Source: Treponemataceae bacterium
Lineage (GTDB): Bacteria; Spirochaetota; Spirochaetia; Treponematales; Rectinemataceae
Direction: 5' to 3'
Assembly: GCA_963678065.2 (NCBI GenBank)
Contig: CAXXVZ010000002.1
Span: 608,001-672,000, forward strand
DNA length: 64,000 nt
Part shown: in pieces, positions 1 through 9,960 of the stretch
How the letters are laid out: each line of letters begins with the position of its first letter
Position numbering within the stretch: position 1 is the stretch's first letter
Made by a program: the position numbers and the translations under genes
The notes under the pieces: generated by a model
Seen by the model: only the letters and a program-made list of their open reading frames with translations
Told to the model about the DNA's origin: nothing
The model's database searches: none

Positions 1-1413
1 GATTCCGATATAATCGCAGCGTTCTCCATGAACGAGCCACAGTACATCATTCAGCCGATAGTGGAACGTATCCGCATATTTACGGAAACCAGCTTCATTG
101 TCGTCTTCAACATGAACAGCGTCCGGTATTCGCACCCCGCCCCCTCGAGAATAGGAAAGAAATTCATCGGCGGGGATGAAGAACGCGCCTTGAAAGGCGA
201 GAGCTATGTCTCAACGGCAAAGGGAACCTTGACCACTTCCATTCGTTCTTTCGTTCCCATCAAGAATGAGGAAGGTATACAGATCGGCGTCGTCTCCGTC
301 GGCCTCAATCTGGATGATCTCAAGGAAGAGACGCAGAACATCACCACTATCCTTTACTATATCGGAGTGATCACCCTCGCCATAGGCATAGTGGGCTCGA
401 CCATCCTCACGCACAATATCAAAAAGAGCATTTTTGGACTTGAACCTGCGGAAATAGCCACACTCCTGGAAGAAAGGAACGTCATCATCTCCACTGTGAT
501 GGAAGGCATAGTAGCGGTGGATCGGACGGGCAATCTGCTCCTGATCAACGAAAGCGCCCGCAGGCTCCTGGCCATCGATGACGGCGCCGATTCTTCGGAT
601 TGCCCGGCAATATCCACGTCGATAGGCCTTGATTCGGTGATCGCCACCGGGAGGTCATCAATCGATGAGGAGATGAGCCTTGGAGGAAGGGATGTTGTGG
701 TAAACCGCATACCCATGGTGTCGGGCGAGGAGATAATCGGCGCCGTCGCCACCTTGCGGGACAGAAGCGAGATGAAATTGCTTGCCGGGGAATTGATGGC
801 GATTAAACAGTACACTGCGGCCCTCCGGGCTCAAAAGCATGAGTTCATGAATAAATTGCAGGTCGTTTCCGGTCTGTTGCAGATAGATCGTCACGCCGAT
901 GCGTTGGCATACGTGAAAAGCACTGTGTCCAGGCAGCAACGATCAGTGGATGCTTTGCGCCTCGCCATCGAGCCCGCAGAGATTTTGGCCTTGGTTCTTG
1001 CAAAGATGGACGAGGCATGCGAATCAAACATAGATGTGGAGATAGAAGAAAGAAGCCATCTTCCCGCCTTGAGATCCTCAACGACCGCGGCCTTCATCAC
1101 CATCATCGGCAATTTGGTGCAGAATGCGATCGAAGCCTTAAAAGCGAGCAACCAGGAGGAAAAACATATCGTTTTGCATTTTTTGCCCCGGAGCGGATGG
1201 CTTGAACTCATCGTCGAGGACAACGGAACAGGGATAGATCCATCATTGCGCAAAAGACTATTCTTTCAAGGAACCACTTCGAAAGGGGAAGGTCACATGG
1301 GCGTTGGGCTCTATCTCGTCAAAAAGCAGGTGGAGATGTTGGAAGGGACAATAGAAGTGCGAGAAAAAGATGGCGTGATGATGATTGTTCACATACCCAA
1401 GGACAGACTATGA
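1..1413 (+). CDS. CitA/DcuS-family sensor histidine kinase, 5'-truncated by window edge
   Basis: Frame open from base 1; sCache-like region (RYSHP...IGKKFIGGDE), TM helix, H-box LRAQKHEFMNKL, N-box GNLVQNAIEA, G boxes DNGTG and GVGL. Confidence 0.9.
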   Translation, partial: DSDIIAAFSMNEPQYIIQPIVERIRIFTETSFIVVFNMNSVRYSHPAPSRIGKKFIGGDEERALKGESYVSTAKGTLTTSIRSFVPIKNEEGIQIGVVSVGLNLDDLKEETQNITTILYYIGVITLAIGIVGSTILTHNIKKSIFGLEPAEIATLLEERNVIISTVMEGIVAVDRTGNLLLINESARRLLAIDDGADSSDCPAISTSIGLDSVIATGRSSIDEEMSLGGRDVVVNRIPMVSGEEIIGAVATLRDRSEMKLLAGELMAIKQYTAALRAQKHEFMNKLQVVSGLLQIDRHADALAYVKSTVSRQQRSVDALRLAIEPAEILALVLAKMDEACESNIDVEIEERSHLPALRSSTTAAFITIIGNLVQNAIEALKASNQEEKHIVLHFLPRSGWLELIVEDNGTGIDPSLRKRLFFQGTTSKGEGHMGVGLYLVKKQVEMLEGTIEVREKDGVMMIVHIPKDRL

Positions 1414-2114
1414 ACCCCATATGTGTGATGATCGTGGAGGATGATTTTATGGTCGCCGACCTGAATCGGCAGTTTACCGAATCATCCGATGGCTTTATCG
1501 TGACCAAGGTGGCGCATAATGGCGCCGAAGCCTTGGATTTCCTTGCCCAGAATATAATCGACCTTATCATACTCGATATTTATCTGCCGGACATTCGCGG
1601 GATCGAGCTGCTGAAGATCATAAGAAAGAACGATTATCCATCCGACATAATACTGATCACCGCTGCACACGATGCTGATACCGTGAAAGAATCAATCCGT
1701 TTCGGCGTATTCGACTACATAATCAAGCCTTTCGATGTGACCAGATACAAAAACTCCCTCTCCAGCTATATTCGCCGCCGCAAATCGCTGGAATCCGCGG
1801 GAATAATCGACCAGGAACGAGTCGATACCGTGATGACGGGAGCCACAACAAAAAGCATTTCACCCGACACACTGCCCAAGGGAATCAGTCTGACTACCAT
1901 GGAACGAGTCAAAATGGCTCTCGAGCCTATGAACGGAGAGATTGGAATAGATGACATTTGTTCGTCCATTCCCGTCTCCCGCATCACGGCCCACCGCTAT
2001 CTGGAATATCTCGCAGAAGAAGGTTTTCTCGAGAAAAACTATCGCTACCAGCATATCGGCAGGCCTCTCACGGTCTATGCCAGAAAGCGTTCAGGGAATT
2101 CCATCCGCGCGTGA
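1410..2114 (+). CDS. CitB/DcuR-family response regulator
   Basis: Receiver motifs VEDD, LDIYLPD, YIIKPF; C-terminal LPKGI...SRITAHRYLEYL; ATGA overlap with kinase. Confidence 0.9.
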   Translation: MNPICVMIVEDDFMVADLNRQFTESSDGFIVTKVAHNGAEALDFLAQNIIDLIILDIYLPDIRGIELLKIIRKNDYPSDIILITAAHDADTVKESIRFGVFDYIIKPFDVTRYKNSLSSYIRRRKSLESAGIIDQERVDTVMTGATTKSISPDTLPKGISLTTMERVKMALEPMNGEIGIDDICSSIPVSRITAHRYLEYLAEEGFLEKNYRYQHIGRPLTVYARKRSGNSIRA

Positions 2115-2236
2115 CGTTATGATCGCCATGCAAAGATGTGGTGATAAAAATGATTATAAAGATAATAATGAAACATATCTTTACGCAAAACTGAATCTGT
2201 GCAAACAATGTGCATGTGGCAAACAAAAGAGCAGAA

Positions 2237-2809
2237 ATGAAACGATCATTGTACGTCATTTCATTTATATGCTGTCTTTGCCTTGCCTCCGCGGATTTAT
2301 TCTCGCAAAGCGGGATAAATGGCCATGTTTTCCATGCCATGACTCCGGCGTTGATCACTTCGTGCGGGCAAAGTCCTGATGCGTTCACTGTCAGCGCCGC
2401 GGCACGGCGTATCGGCGTCGAACATCTGTACGACGACCTCATCGACGTTCCGGAACTCAATGGTTTCAAAACGGTAATAGTCGTGACGGGAGCGAGCCTG
2501 AAAGGCTTGGGCGAGGCTGGCTTCAGCGTTTCCATGGAGCTCTCAAGAGTTTCAGCCCTTCTTGCAAAAGCAAAAACGGCGGGGGTGAAAGTCATTGCCG
2601 TCCATATCGGCGGCGAGGCGCGGCGCGGAGCCAACTCCGAGAAGTTCATAGACCTCGTCATCGCGCGGGCTGACTGCATCATCGCTACGCTCGAGGGGAA
2701 CAAGGATGGAAAATTTTCAAAGGAAGCGCAAAGGCTGGGAATACCGCTGTTCCTCTTAAAAGCCCCTAAGGATATCGGCGATCTTCTGCAGAGGATATTC
2801 CGGATCTGA
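2237..2809 (+). CDS. DUF6305-like exported protein (paralog 1)
   Basis: Signal-peptide-like N-terminus; motifs TSCGQSPD, GASLKGLGEAG, HIGGEARRG, GNKDGKF. Confidence 0.7.
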   Translation: MKRSLYVISFICCLCLASADLFSQSGINGHVFHAMTPALITSCGQSPDAFTVSAAARRIGVEHLYDDLIDVPELNGFKTVIVVTGASLKGLGEAGFSVSMELSRVSALLAKAKTAGVKVIAVHIGGEARRGANSEKFIDLVIARADCIIATLEGNKDGKFSKEAQRLGIPLFLLKAPKDIGDLLQRIFRI

Positions 2810-2888
2810 CAGGTCGCCCACGTATCGGACAAGACAATAAAACTCAATGACCAGGTCTACAAAAGGATCAAAAGGGAGAGGTGTAAGT

Positions 2889-3467
2889 ATGCCCGGAAGG
2901 CAAGCAACGCGTTTTGGCACATTGCTGTTGGTCTTGACTATGTTCGTCTCATATTTGGGAGCCATCCCTTCCGGATCGGCGGTACCAAGCGCAGGAATAC
3001 CTGTATTCGTCACTACGGCCGGACAAAGCGCGGATGCGCACGCCGTAAAACTCCTTCTGGACCGCAGCAAGATCAAATCCGGCTACGATGCCATCGCTGA
3101 AGTCGATAAGATCACGGGGTCAAAAACCCTCTTTCTGGTCATGGGCGGCAGCTCCAAGGGCCTGGGCGCGGCTGGCATGGATGAAGATGAGGAGATCGCC
3201 CGCATCAATCACCTCATAGATAAGGCGCGGAAAGAGAAGATGTACATTGTCGGTCTCCACATCGGGGGGGAATCCCGCCGTGGCGCCCTTTCGGCCAAAT
3301 TCATCAATCTTGTGGCTCCGTACTGCAATTATCTCATCGTGAAGAAGGATGGCAACAAGGATGGCTATTTCACCGACCTCGGTTCCAAGAAAAAGATCCC
3401 TGTCACACTCATAGATGAGACCCTCGATCTGGTCACCATATTCAAGTCGCTGTTTACGGGAAATTGA
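2889..3467 (+). CDS. DUF6305-like exported protein (paralog 2)
   Basis: GGAGAGG RBS before ATG 2889; motifs TTAGQSAD, GGSSKGLGAAG, HIGGESRRG, GNKDGYF shared with paralog 1. Confidence 0.75.
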   Translation: MPGRQATRFGTLLLVLTMFVSYLGAIPSGSAVPSAGIPVFVTTAGQSADAHAVKLLLDRSKIKSGYDAIAEVDKITGSKTLFLVMGGSSKGLGAAGMDEDEEIARINHLIDKARKEKMYIVGLHIGGESRRGALSAKFINLVAPYCNYLIVKKDGNKDGYFTDLGSKKKIPVTLIDETLDLVTIFKSLFTGN

Positions 3468-3566
3468 CGACTTGAGTATTCATCGCAGAGCGGCGATCGG
3501 CGTCACAGACCAGGATACGGTCCACGCGTACGGCCGCCGCAGTACTACCCTAAAAGGAGGGAGTGT

Positions 3567-5411
3567 ATGAACAAGAACAAGGCAACTCGAGCCTCGAGCG
3601 CTCGCTTTACGGCCTTGCTGGTCGTTGCGATTCTGCTCGTCGTCGGGACATCCGTGGGTGCCCAAACCACATACCGACCGGATGTAGTCGGCAAACAGGG
3701 TGTCGTGGCTTCTGCCCACTCGCTTGCGTCCGAGGCTGGACTGCAGATTCTCCGCGACGGAGGCAATGCCGTCGACGCAGCCGTGGCAGTGATGGCAGCC
3801 CTCAACGTCGTGGAGCCCAACGCTTCGGGCGCCGCGGGGAATGGCTGCCTCACCATCTTCTGGAAGCCCGACGGACAGGTGAAAGAACTCCTCATGACGG
3901 GCGCTGCGCCTTATAAAATGCCCTCCGACGGTCTGAGCCCTGAACAGCGCGACGGAGGAATCCTCGCCGGCGTCACTCCCGGCAACTATGGCGGCTGGAT
4001 CGAAGCGCTCGATAAGTACGGCACGAAAAGCCTCGCGGAAGTGCTCAGGCCGGCGATAGGTTACGCGGAGCGTGGCTTCGCGATCAGCAAGTCCCTAAGC
4101 GACGTCATCGAGAGCTACAGGCCAATCCTCGAACTGAATCCCACGACGGCTAAAATATGGCTGCAGGACGGCAAGGCGCCGAAGGCCGGTACGGTCGTCA
4201 TCCAGACGGATCTGGCGAACACCTTCAAGAAGCTCTGCGAGGCCGAAAGCGCGGCTCTCGCCAAAGGTCAGGGCAGGAGCGCCGCGCTGAAAGCCGCCTA
4301 CGATCGCTTCTATACAGGCGACATTGCGCGCGAGATCGCCGACTTCTACAAGGAAAACGGCGGGCTCTTCACTCTGGAGGATCTGGCATCGTACAGCCCC
4401 GAATGGGTGAAACCCGTCACGACGAACTACAGAGGCTACGACGTCTACAGCACGCCGGCCACTTCCCGCGGCGGAATCGAGCTCATCATGGCGTTGAACA
4501 TGATCGAAGCCTACGATGTCAAGAAAATGGGCCTCAATAGCGCCGAAGAGCTCCACCTCATCGCGGAAATCATGAAAATCGTCAAGAGCGACGTCTACCA
4601 GTACGTCGCCGATCCCAAGTTCGTCGATATCCCCCTCGAAGGGCTGACATCCAAAGAGTACGCAGCGAAGCGCCGCTCTCTCATCGACCTTGGCAAGGCG
4701 ATAAAATTCCCCGAGCCCGGGCAACCGAAGGACTACCAGAAAGCCGCGTTGTCCGCGGACAAGACGTCTTCCGTCATCTACGCGAAGGCCGGAGACCCCT
4801 CGTATGTCACGAGCGCGGGCTGCACCACCAGCTTCAGCATCGTCGACCGATACGGAAACGCGGTGGGTGGTACGGTGACGCTCGGCGACTACTGGGGAAC
4901 CAAGGTCGTCGTAGGCAACACTGGCTTATTGTTCAACAACGGAACGCGCGATGGCTCCACCGCTGGCATATACCCGAAGAATGTCAACTATCCACAGCCG
5001 GGGAAACGCGGGCTCCTCAACAACTCGCCCACGATTGTGCTCAAGGACGGCAAGTTCGTCACGGTCTTCGGGACACCGGGAGGCGAAGGCATCGGCCTGA
5101 CTCAATTCCAGCTGCTCATGAACGTGGTGGATTTTGGCATGGGGATGCAGGAGGCCATCGAGTCTCCGCGGTTCATCCTCGGAGCAAAGCCGGACTTCTA
5201 CACACGTGGCGCTGAAGTGTCCTGGACCATTGAAAACAGGGTTGATCCAAAAGTAATTAAAACTCTCACGAGCCTTGGCCACAACGTCAAGGTTTCCAGC
5301 GCCTTCACCAGCAGCGTGGGAGGAATGCAGGGTGTTCTCGTGGATCAGAAAACCGGATGGATGTATGGAGGCGGTGATCCGCGGCGCGGCGGTTACGCGG
5401 TCGGATTCTGA
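3567..5411 (+). CDS. ggt: Gamma-glutamyltransferase family Ntn hydrolase with signal peptide
   Basis: AAGGAGG RBS; GGNAVDAAVA, autoprocessing TTSFSIVD, GTPGG oxyanion loop, C-terminal GGGDPRRGG. Confidence 0.9.
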   Translation: MNKNKATRASSARFTALLVVAILLVVGTSVGAQTTYRPDVVGKQGVVASAHSLASEAGLQILRDGGNAVDAAVAVMAALNVVEPNASGAAGNGCLTIFWKPDGQVKELLMTGAAPYKMPSDGLSPEQRDGGILAGVTPGNYGGWIEALDKYGTKSLAEVLRPAIGYAERGFAISKSLSDVIESYRPILELNPTTAKIWLQDGKAPKAGTVVIQTDLANTFKKLCEAESAALAKGQGRSAALKAAYDRFYTGDIAREIADFYKENGGLFTLEDLASYSPEWVKPVTTNYRGYDVYSTPATSRGGIELIMALNMIEAYDVKKMGLNSAEELHLIAEIMKIVKSDVYQYVADPKFVDIPLEGLTSKEYAAKRRSLIDLGKAIKFPEPGQPKDYQKAALSADKTSSVIYAKAGDPSYVTSAGCTTSFSIVDRYGNAVGGTVTLGDYWGTKVVVGNTGLLFNNGTRDGSTAGIYPKNVNYPQPGKRGLLNNSPTIVLKDGKFVTVFGTPGGEGIGLTQFQLLMNVVDFGMGMQEAIESPRFILGAKPDFYTRGAEVSWTIENRVDPKVIKTLTSLGHNVKVSSAFTSSVGGMQGVLVDQKTGWMYGGGDPRRGGYAVGF

Positions 5412-5436
5412 GCTAAGCGGTCAATACGATAAACGA

Positions 5437-5466
5437 GGCCCGGGGCTCCCCGGGCCCCTATTTTCT
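5437..5466 (+). terminator. GC-rich hairpin after ggt (terminator or mRNA-stabilising stem)
   Basis: GGCCCGGG-GCTC-CCCGGGCC followed by CCTATTTTCT. Confidence 0.55.
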
Positions 5467-5484
5467 TCATAAGGAGCTCCTAAG

Positions 5485-6777
5485 GTGTCGCAGATCTGGC
5501 AGACTATAATAATCCTACTGATAATGATCGGGGTCTTCCTTATAGCAACAAGGGCGCTGAAGCTTTCTCCCGCCTTTGGCATGCTCTTTGGCGCCATTGG
5601 TGGCGCTCTCATAGCTGGGAAAGGGTTGGCGCTCCGGCATCTCGTGGAAGGCGCCTTCATGTATTTCGATGTCGTGATGGTGATCATCACGGCCTCCATC
5701 TTCATGAGACTGTGGAGTCAGTCCGGCGGTCTCAATGTATTCGTGCGGGACTTGATCAGAGGCTTCTCCTGGTCGCCATCGCTGCTCCTTGTACTCCTCA
5801 TGTTCGTCGTCATGCTCCCCGGAGCCCTCACCGGTTCAGGTACCGCGGCCATAATGGCGGCGGGCGGGCTGGTCGCAACCGTCCTGGAAAAGATGGGCCT
5901 CCCCAAGAAGAGCATCGTCGGCTTCATCGCCATGGGCGCCGTCTTCGGATTGGTCGCTCCCCCCATCAACATACCGGCGATGATCATCAGCACCGGCATC
6001 AACATGCCTTACGATGGCTTCTTCGGTCCGTTGCTCGTTCTCAGCGTCCCCCTGGGAGCGCTCTCCGCCATCCTCATCGGCAGAAAGCACGTCGGAAAGA
6101 AACTGAACGCCGGCGAACTCCTCGCCACTGTCGGTGGCGAAATCCCGCGGCTCGGCTCCTTGGGTGCCTACCTGCCCTTGATCGTCGTCATTGCAATCAT
6201 GATACTCCAGCGCGCCTTTCCGAGAAGCTTCCCGCAGATCGGCAACACCATGGTCTTCGTCACGGGATCCGCAGTCGCGGCTCTGCTGTCGAAGAAGCTC
6301 AAGCTGATCGAAACCGTCAAGAACACCATCACCGATTCCATAAGCGTCTGCTGCCTCCTCATCGCGGTTGGCTCCATTGTCCAAGTCATGACGCTAACGG
6401 GCGTGCGCGGACTCCTCGTCGTGAGCACCGTTTCGGCTCCTGTCACCCTCCTGTTTGTGCTCCTCTTCTTCGGCTTGCCACTTTCCGGATGCGTCCTCGG
6501 CACCTACGGAGCCGCGTCGGTGTTCGGCATCCCCTTCATGCTCGCCCTTCTCGGGCGAAACCCCATCATCGCCACTGCAGGCATCAGCCTCATCGCCGGC
6601 CTTGCAACCCTCACCCCCCCCACGGCCTTGGACGGACGCGCCGCCATGCTCGTAGTGAAGTACGACGGAAGCTACGCCCAAGCCCTGAAGACAATGGCTG
6701 TGCCGGTCATCCTCGCCGATATCCTGGGAACCCTCGCGGTCATCTTCGCATCCAGCCTCAAATGGCTGATCTTTTAA
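5485..6777 (+). CDS. TRAP DctM-like / ion-transporter-superfamily permease
   Basis: 430 aa, about 11-12 hydrophobic segments, PGALTGSGT, APPINIPAM, TPPTAL motifs; GTG start after AAGGAG. Confidence 0.75.
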   Translation: MSQIWQTIIILLIMIGVFLIATRALKLSPAFGMLFGAIGGALIAGKGLALRHLVEGAFMYFDVVMVIITASIFMRLWSQSGGLNVFVRDLIRGFSWSPSLLLVLLMFVVMLPGALTGSGTAAIMAAGGLVATVLEKMGLPKKSIVGFIAMGAVFGLVAPPINIPAMIISTGINMPYDGFFGPLLVLSVPLGALSAILIGRKHVGKKLNAGELLATVGGEIPRLGSLGAYLPLIVVIAIMILQRAFPRSFPQIGNTMVFVTGSAVAALLSKKLKLIETVKNTITDSISVCCLLIAVGSIVQVMTLTGVRGLLVVSTVSAPVTLLFVLLFFGLPLSGCVLGTYGAASVFGIPFMLALLGRNPIIATAGISLIAGLATLTPPTALDGRAAMLVVKYDGSYAQALKTMAVPVILADILGTLAVIFASSLKWLIF

Positions 6778-6789
6778 GGGAGGTCGAGA

Positions 6790-6939
6790 ATGCTTCTCGT
6801 CATTTTGTACAAAACCGTCTACTGCTGCATCCTCGCCGCAATAGCCGTGAGCCTCTTTCAGGCGACATCGCTGAAAACGAAAGCCTCCTTCGCGATTGTG
6901 GCGCTGCCCCTCCTCTTGCGATTGTTCGGGATCAAATGA
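6790..6939 (+). CDS. 49-aa two-TM membrane protein (absent from ORF track)
   Basis: GGGAGG RBS; MLLVILYKTVYCCILAAIAVSLFQATSLKTKASFAIVALPLLLRLFGIK; fills the gap between permease and desuccinylase. Confidence 0.7.
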   Translation: MLLVILYKTVYCCILAAIAVSLFQATSLKTKASFAIVALPLLLRLFGIK

Positions 6940-6952
6940 GGGAGATGAATAC

Positions 6953-8119
6953 ATGACAAGCCAGCCAAAGAAAAACAAGGCGAAAGCCGCACTGTCGAAC
7001 ACCGCTCTTTCATTCATCGTCGTCGGAGTCATGACCGCGATATTCATCTACGCGACCATTACCTTCTTGGGTATGAGGAAATTCGAGACTGTGCCCAAAG
7101 GCCCTGGCGTGACCCGCACTGGCCTTCTCTCCGATTACTTTTCTGACCTCAAAGGAAGCCCGGGTGACACCGAAGTCTTTTACCTCGAGGGTGCAGCGCC
7201 CGGGAAAACAGTCATCTGTCTCGGCGGCGTCCACCCCAACGAGCCTTCGGGTGTTCTCGCCGCGACCCTCCTCGTGGAGAATGCGCGGGTGAACACCGGG
7301 CGATTGATCATCATCCCGCACACCAACGCCAGCGCTTTCTCCTATTCGACTCCGGGCGAAGGCACTCCGATGAGCTACACCATCAAGACCGACTGGGGCG
7401 AACAGAAGTACCGCTACGGCAGCCGCCTCACTAATCCCCTCCACCAATTTCCCGATCCCGATGTCTATGTCCACTTTCCGAGCAATCAGCTCATGTCCGG
7501 AAACGAAGCGAGAAATCTCGACCGCTCGTTCCCGGGCAATCCGAAGGGAGGCCTGACCCAGAAGGTCGCTTATGCGGTTGCCGAGATGGTGAGGAAGGAG
7601 GGGGCCGGACTCGTGATCGACATGCACGAGGCCAGGCCGATGAACCCCATCGTGAACTGCATAATCACTCCGGAACGGGCCCTCACCCTCGCATCCTTCG
7701 CCCAGATGGACCTCGAGTCCAGCACAAAAGAGCCTTGGCATCTTGAGCCTTCCCCCACCAAAATGTTCGGTATGACACACCGAGGACTCACCGACGCCAC
7801 CGATGCCCTCGCGGTGCTCATGGAGACGGGAAACCCCGCGATGGACTATCCGCGCGGCCCCACCACCGAAAAGCTCATCGTTGAAGGCAAGGATGATTTC
7901 TACAAGATGGCCTCGGCCAAAGGGCTTCTCTATGTCCCGTATCCCGAGAAAGGCCTGCCCCTCCAACATCGCGTGGCCCGTCATCTCGCGGGCGCGGATG
8001 AGCTCATCCGTGTCTTCTCAGAAATATCCGAAGATGGACAAACCATCAGTGTCAATCACATCCCCACCTATGAAGATGTCGAGACCTACGGCCTCGGACA
8101 TTTTATCCTGAAGCCTTAA
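6953..8119 (+). CDS. Succinylglutamate desuccinylase/aspartoacylase (M14-like) family protein, N-terminal membrane anchor
   Basis: GGVHPNE (HxxE), NLDRSFPG, IDMHE; GAGGGAG RBS before ATG 6953. Confidence 0.85.
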   Translation: MTSQPKKNKAKAALSNTALSFIVVGVMTAIFIYATITFLGMRKFETVPKGPGVTRTGLLSDYFSDLKGSPGDTEVFYLEGAAPGKTVICLGGVHPNEPSGVLAATLLVENARVNTGRLIIIPHTNASAFSYSTPGEGTPMSYTIKTDWGEQKYRYGSRLTNPLHQFPDPDVYVHFPSNQLMSGNEARNLDRSFPGNPKGGLTQKVAYAVAEMVRKEGAGLVIDMHEARPMNPIVNCIITPERALTLASFAQMDLESSTKEPWHLEPSPTKMFGMTHRGLTDATDALAVLMETGNPAMDYPRGPTTEKLIVEGKDDFYKMASAKGLLYVPYPEKGLPLQHRVARHLAGADELIRVFSEISEDGQTISVNHIPTYEDVETYGLGHFILKP

Positions 8120-8260
8120 GTGCACACTCCCCGCCGCTCTCTGTGGAGAGTGGCGGGTCTCGAATGTCCCGCACAATACTATTGCAGGATCAACCATGCG
8201 CCTTGATTTCAATGATCCGTGCGATTGTCAGTCATTCCCTGCTATTCTTTTTCGACTAGA
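7743..8260 (+). repeat. 518-bp direct repeat, copy 1 (copy 2 at 22737-23254)
   Basis: Same sequence at offset 14994; 3 substitutions seen. Confidence 0.95.
8130..8157. terminator. Hairpin after desuccinylase gene (also present in repeat copy 2)
   Basis: CCCGCCGCTCTC-TGTG-GAGAGTGGCGGG. Confidence 0.5.
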
Positions 8261-9652
8261 GATTCTTTCAAAACTCAGTAGCCTGTTTTGTAGAAAGGCA
8301 CGTTATTGTAACCGAAACTTTGTTTTGACACGGTGAAAATCATATTTCCACTAAAAAAGCCCTCTTTGTAGTGCCCTCGATGGACTACCCCTACAAAATC
8401 CGGTTCTGCCGGATTGCCCGGTTACGATTTCTGCAGTTCGGGAAGGATGAAGTACTGCAAAGCCTTGATGGCCGCCAGAACCACTACCCCGCACATGAGC
8501 AGGAATGATACTTTCTCAAATCCCCGTACAAATATCTGACCCGGTATGAGCCAATCCTTCAAATGCGAGTTTGCACGTTCAACCGTTGTCCTGATTGTGT
8601 ACCGCTCCTTCTGTGACGGCGAAAATGGTTCCCGTTCCGTCCCACGACGCGTATTCCGATCAATCAGCGGAACACGCCCACGTCCCTGGATATAGGTCGC
8701 GATGGGATCCGCATCGTATGCAGCGTCCATGACTGAATACAGATGTCGGACCTTTTTCTCTGTTATCTTTTCCAGAGGAATCGCTACTTGCGAATCATGA
8801 ACATTGGCGCCGGTTACGACTGCTGAAATAGGGAATCCTGTGTCGCTGACATCAAGGTGCAACTTGTATCCTTTCCATGTTTCCCTATTCCCCTGGCTGT
8901 TCTTCTTGCATCCCCATGCACAGTCTTTGGATAGTTCTGACAAGGATTTCCTGACGCTTTGGCCGACTTGCTTTTCTATCTGTGTCGGCTCCTTCACAGG
9001 CCGAACTTCTCCTTTTCGGGGACGACCTCGTTTCCGTTGCGGTGTCACGGAAGAAACAGCTTCACGTTTGGCAGGTACAGGTTTTTCTCGTGCTCGTATC
9101 TCCGTCGCATCCCGATTTATGTGTCCGACGATATGGCCGTCATGACAATCCTTCACCATGGTATTCAAAGTCTGAATCAGCGGAGTCTTTTTTGAAAACT
9201 CCGCGTAGCGACGCGAAAAGGTCGCAGAGCTTGGAACGGAGGTGAAGCCGCATATCCTCCGCAGATTCGGATCGTTGATCAGCCTGTTCCTAAGGTCCGT
9301 GACTGTCGCTATGTGGAATACCGTTCGGGCGAAAAACGCCCGCATGATCGGTTCGTTCCGATGTGGAGGACGGCCAGTCCGTGCACATGGTGATGTAATC
9401 CGTGGCTGAGCATCTTCAATGACTCTGAGCAGGGCGATAAAAAAGCGATGTTCGTCGGTGAGATATTCTTCGAAACATCGCTGGATATCGTAAGAAATCG
9501 GCAAAAGTATTTGCGCTCCGCCCAGTATTTCTGGTATGGTTTTCATCAGCGGGGGCTCCTCCTGGTGACGTTTGTGTTGCAACATCATCATACAGGTTCT
9601 GTCCCCGCTTTTCATCATAATTCATTCTGTTCTTGTGTTTTGAAAGAGCCTC
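8259..9652 (-). mobile_element. IS5/IS1182-like insertion sequence, copy 1 (no matching target duplication)
   Basis: TIRs GAGATTCTTTCAAAAC (8259) and GTTTTGAAAGAGCCTC (9652); DDE transposase inside; homologous to 38446-39840. Confidence 0.85.
8422..9618 (-). CDS. DDE transposase (DUF772 + DDE_Tnp_1-like)
   Basis: RDATEI, GYKLHL, ANVHDS, MDAAYD, RTTVERANS motifs. Confidence 0.9.
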   Translation of the reverse strand: MMKSGDRTCMMMLQHKRHQEEPPLMKTIPEILGGAQILLPISYDIQRCFEEYLTDEHRFFIALLRVIEDAQPRITSPCARTGRPPHRNEPIMRAFFARTVFHIATVTDLRNRLINDPNLRRICGFTSVPSSATFSRRYAEFSKKTPLIQTLNTMVKDCHDGHIVGHINRDATEIRAREKPVPAKREAVSSVTPQRKRGRPRKGEVRPVKEPTQIEKQVGQSVRKSLSELSKDCAWGCKKNSQGNRETWKGYKLHLDVSDTGFPISAVVTGANVHDSQVAIPLEKITEKKVRHLYSVMDAAYDADPIATYIQGRGRVPLIDRNTRRGTEREPFSPSQKERYTIRTTVERANSHLKDWLIPGQIFVRGFEKVSFLLMCGVVVLAAIKALQYFILPELQKS

Positions 9653-9960
9653 CGTCATCAAATTATTCGACAAGAGGCAACGATAGGAGATGATCTCTTA
9701 CCGAATTGCCATCGTGTTGCCAGCTCATTGAAACGCTGGCTCTTGGGTACCCATCAAGGAGCGGTACATAGTGAAAATCTGCAGTATTATCTTGATGAAT
9801 TTACCTTCCGCTTTAACCATCGAACGTCTTCATCGAGAGAGAAATTGTTTTTTCGGTTGGTTCAGCAGGCCGTGCTGCTCGATCCGGTACCGCTTACATC
9901 ATTGAGAAGCACTCAAAAAACCCCAGACCTATAGTGTATAGGGGAGTCAGGGGCATAGCC
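9653..9960 (+). mobile_element. IS1595-family remnant (3' transposase fragment plus right end)
   Basis: LKRWLLGTHQGAV...LQYYLDEFTFRFN is a typical ISXO2-like C-terminus; element ends ...GGGGCATAGCC at 9960. Confidence 0.8.

Noticed and set aside
5712..6956. 414-aa alternative-frame ORF
   Set aside because: Arg/His-rich off-frame shadow of the permease
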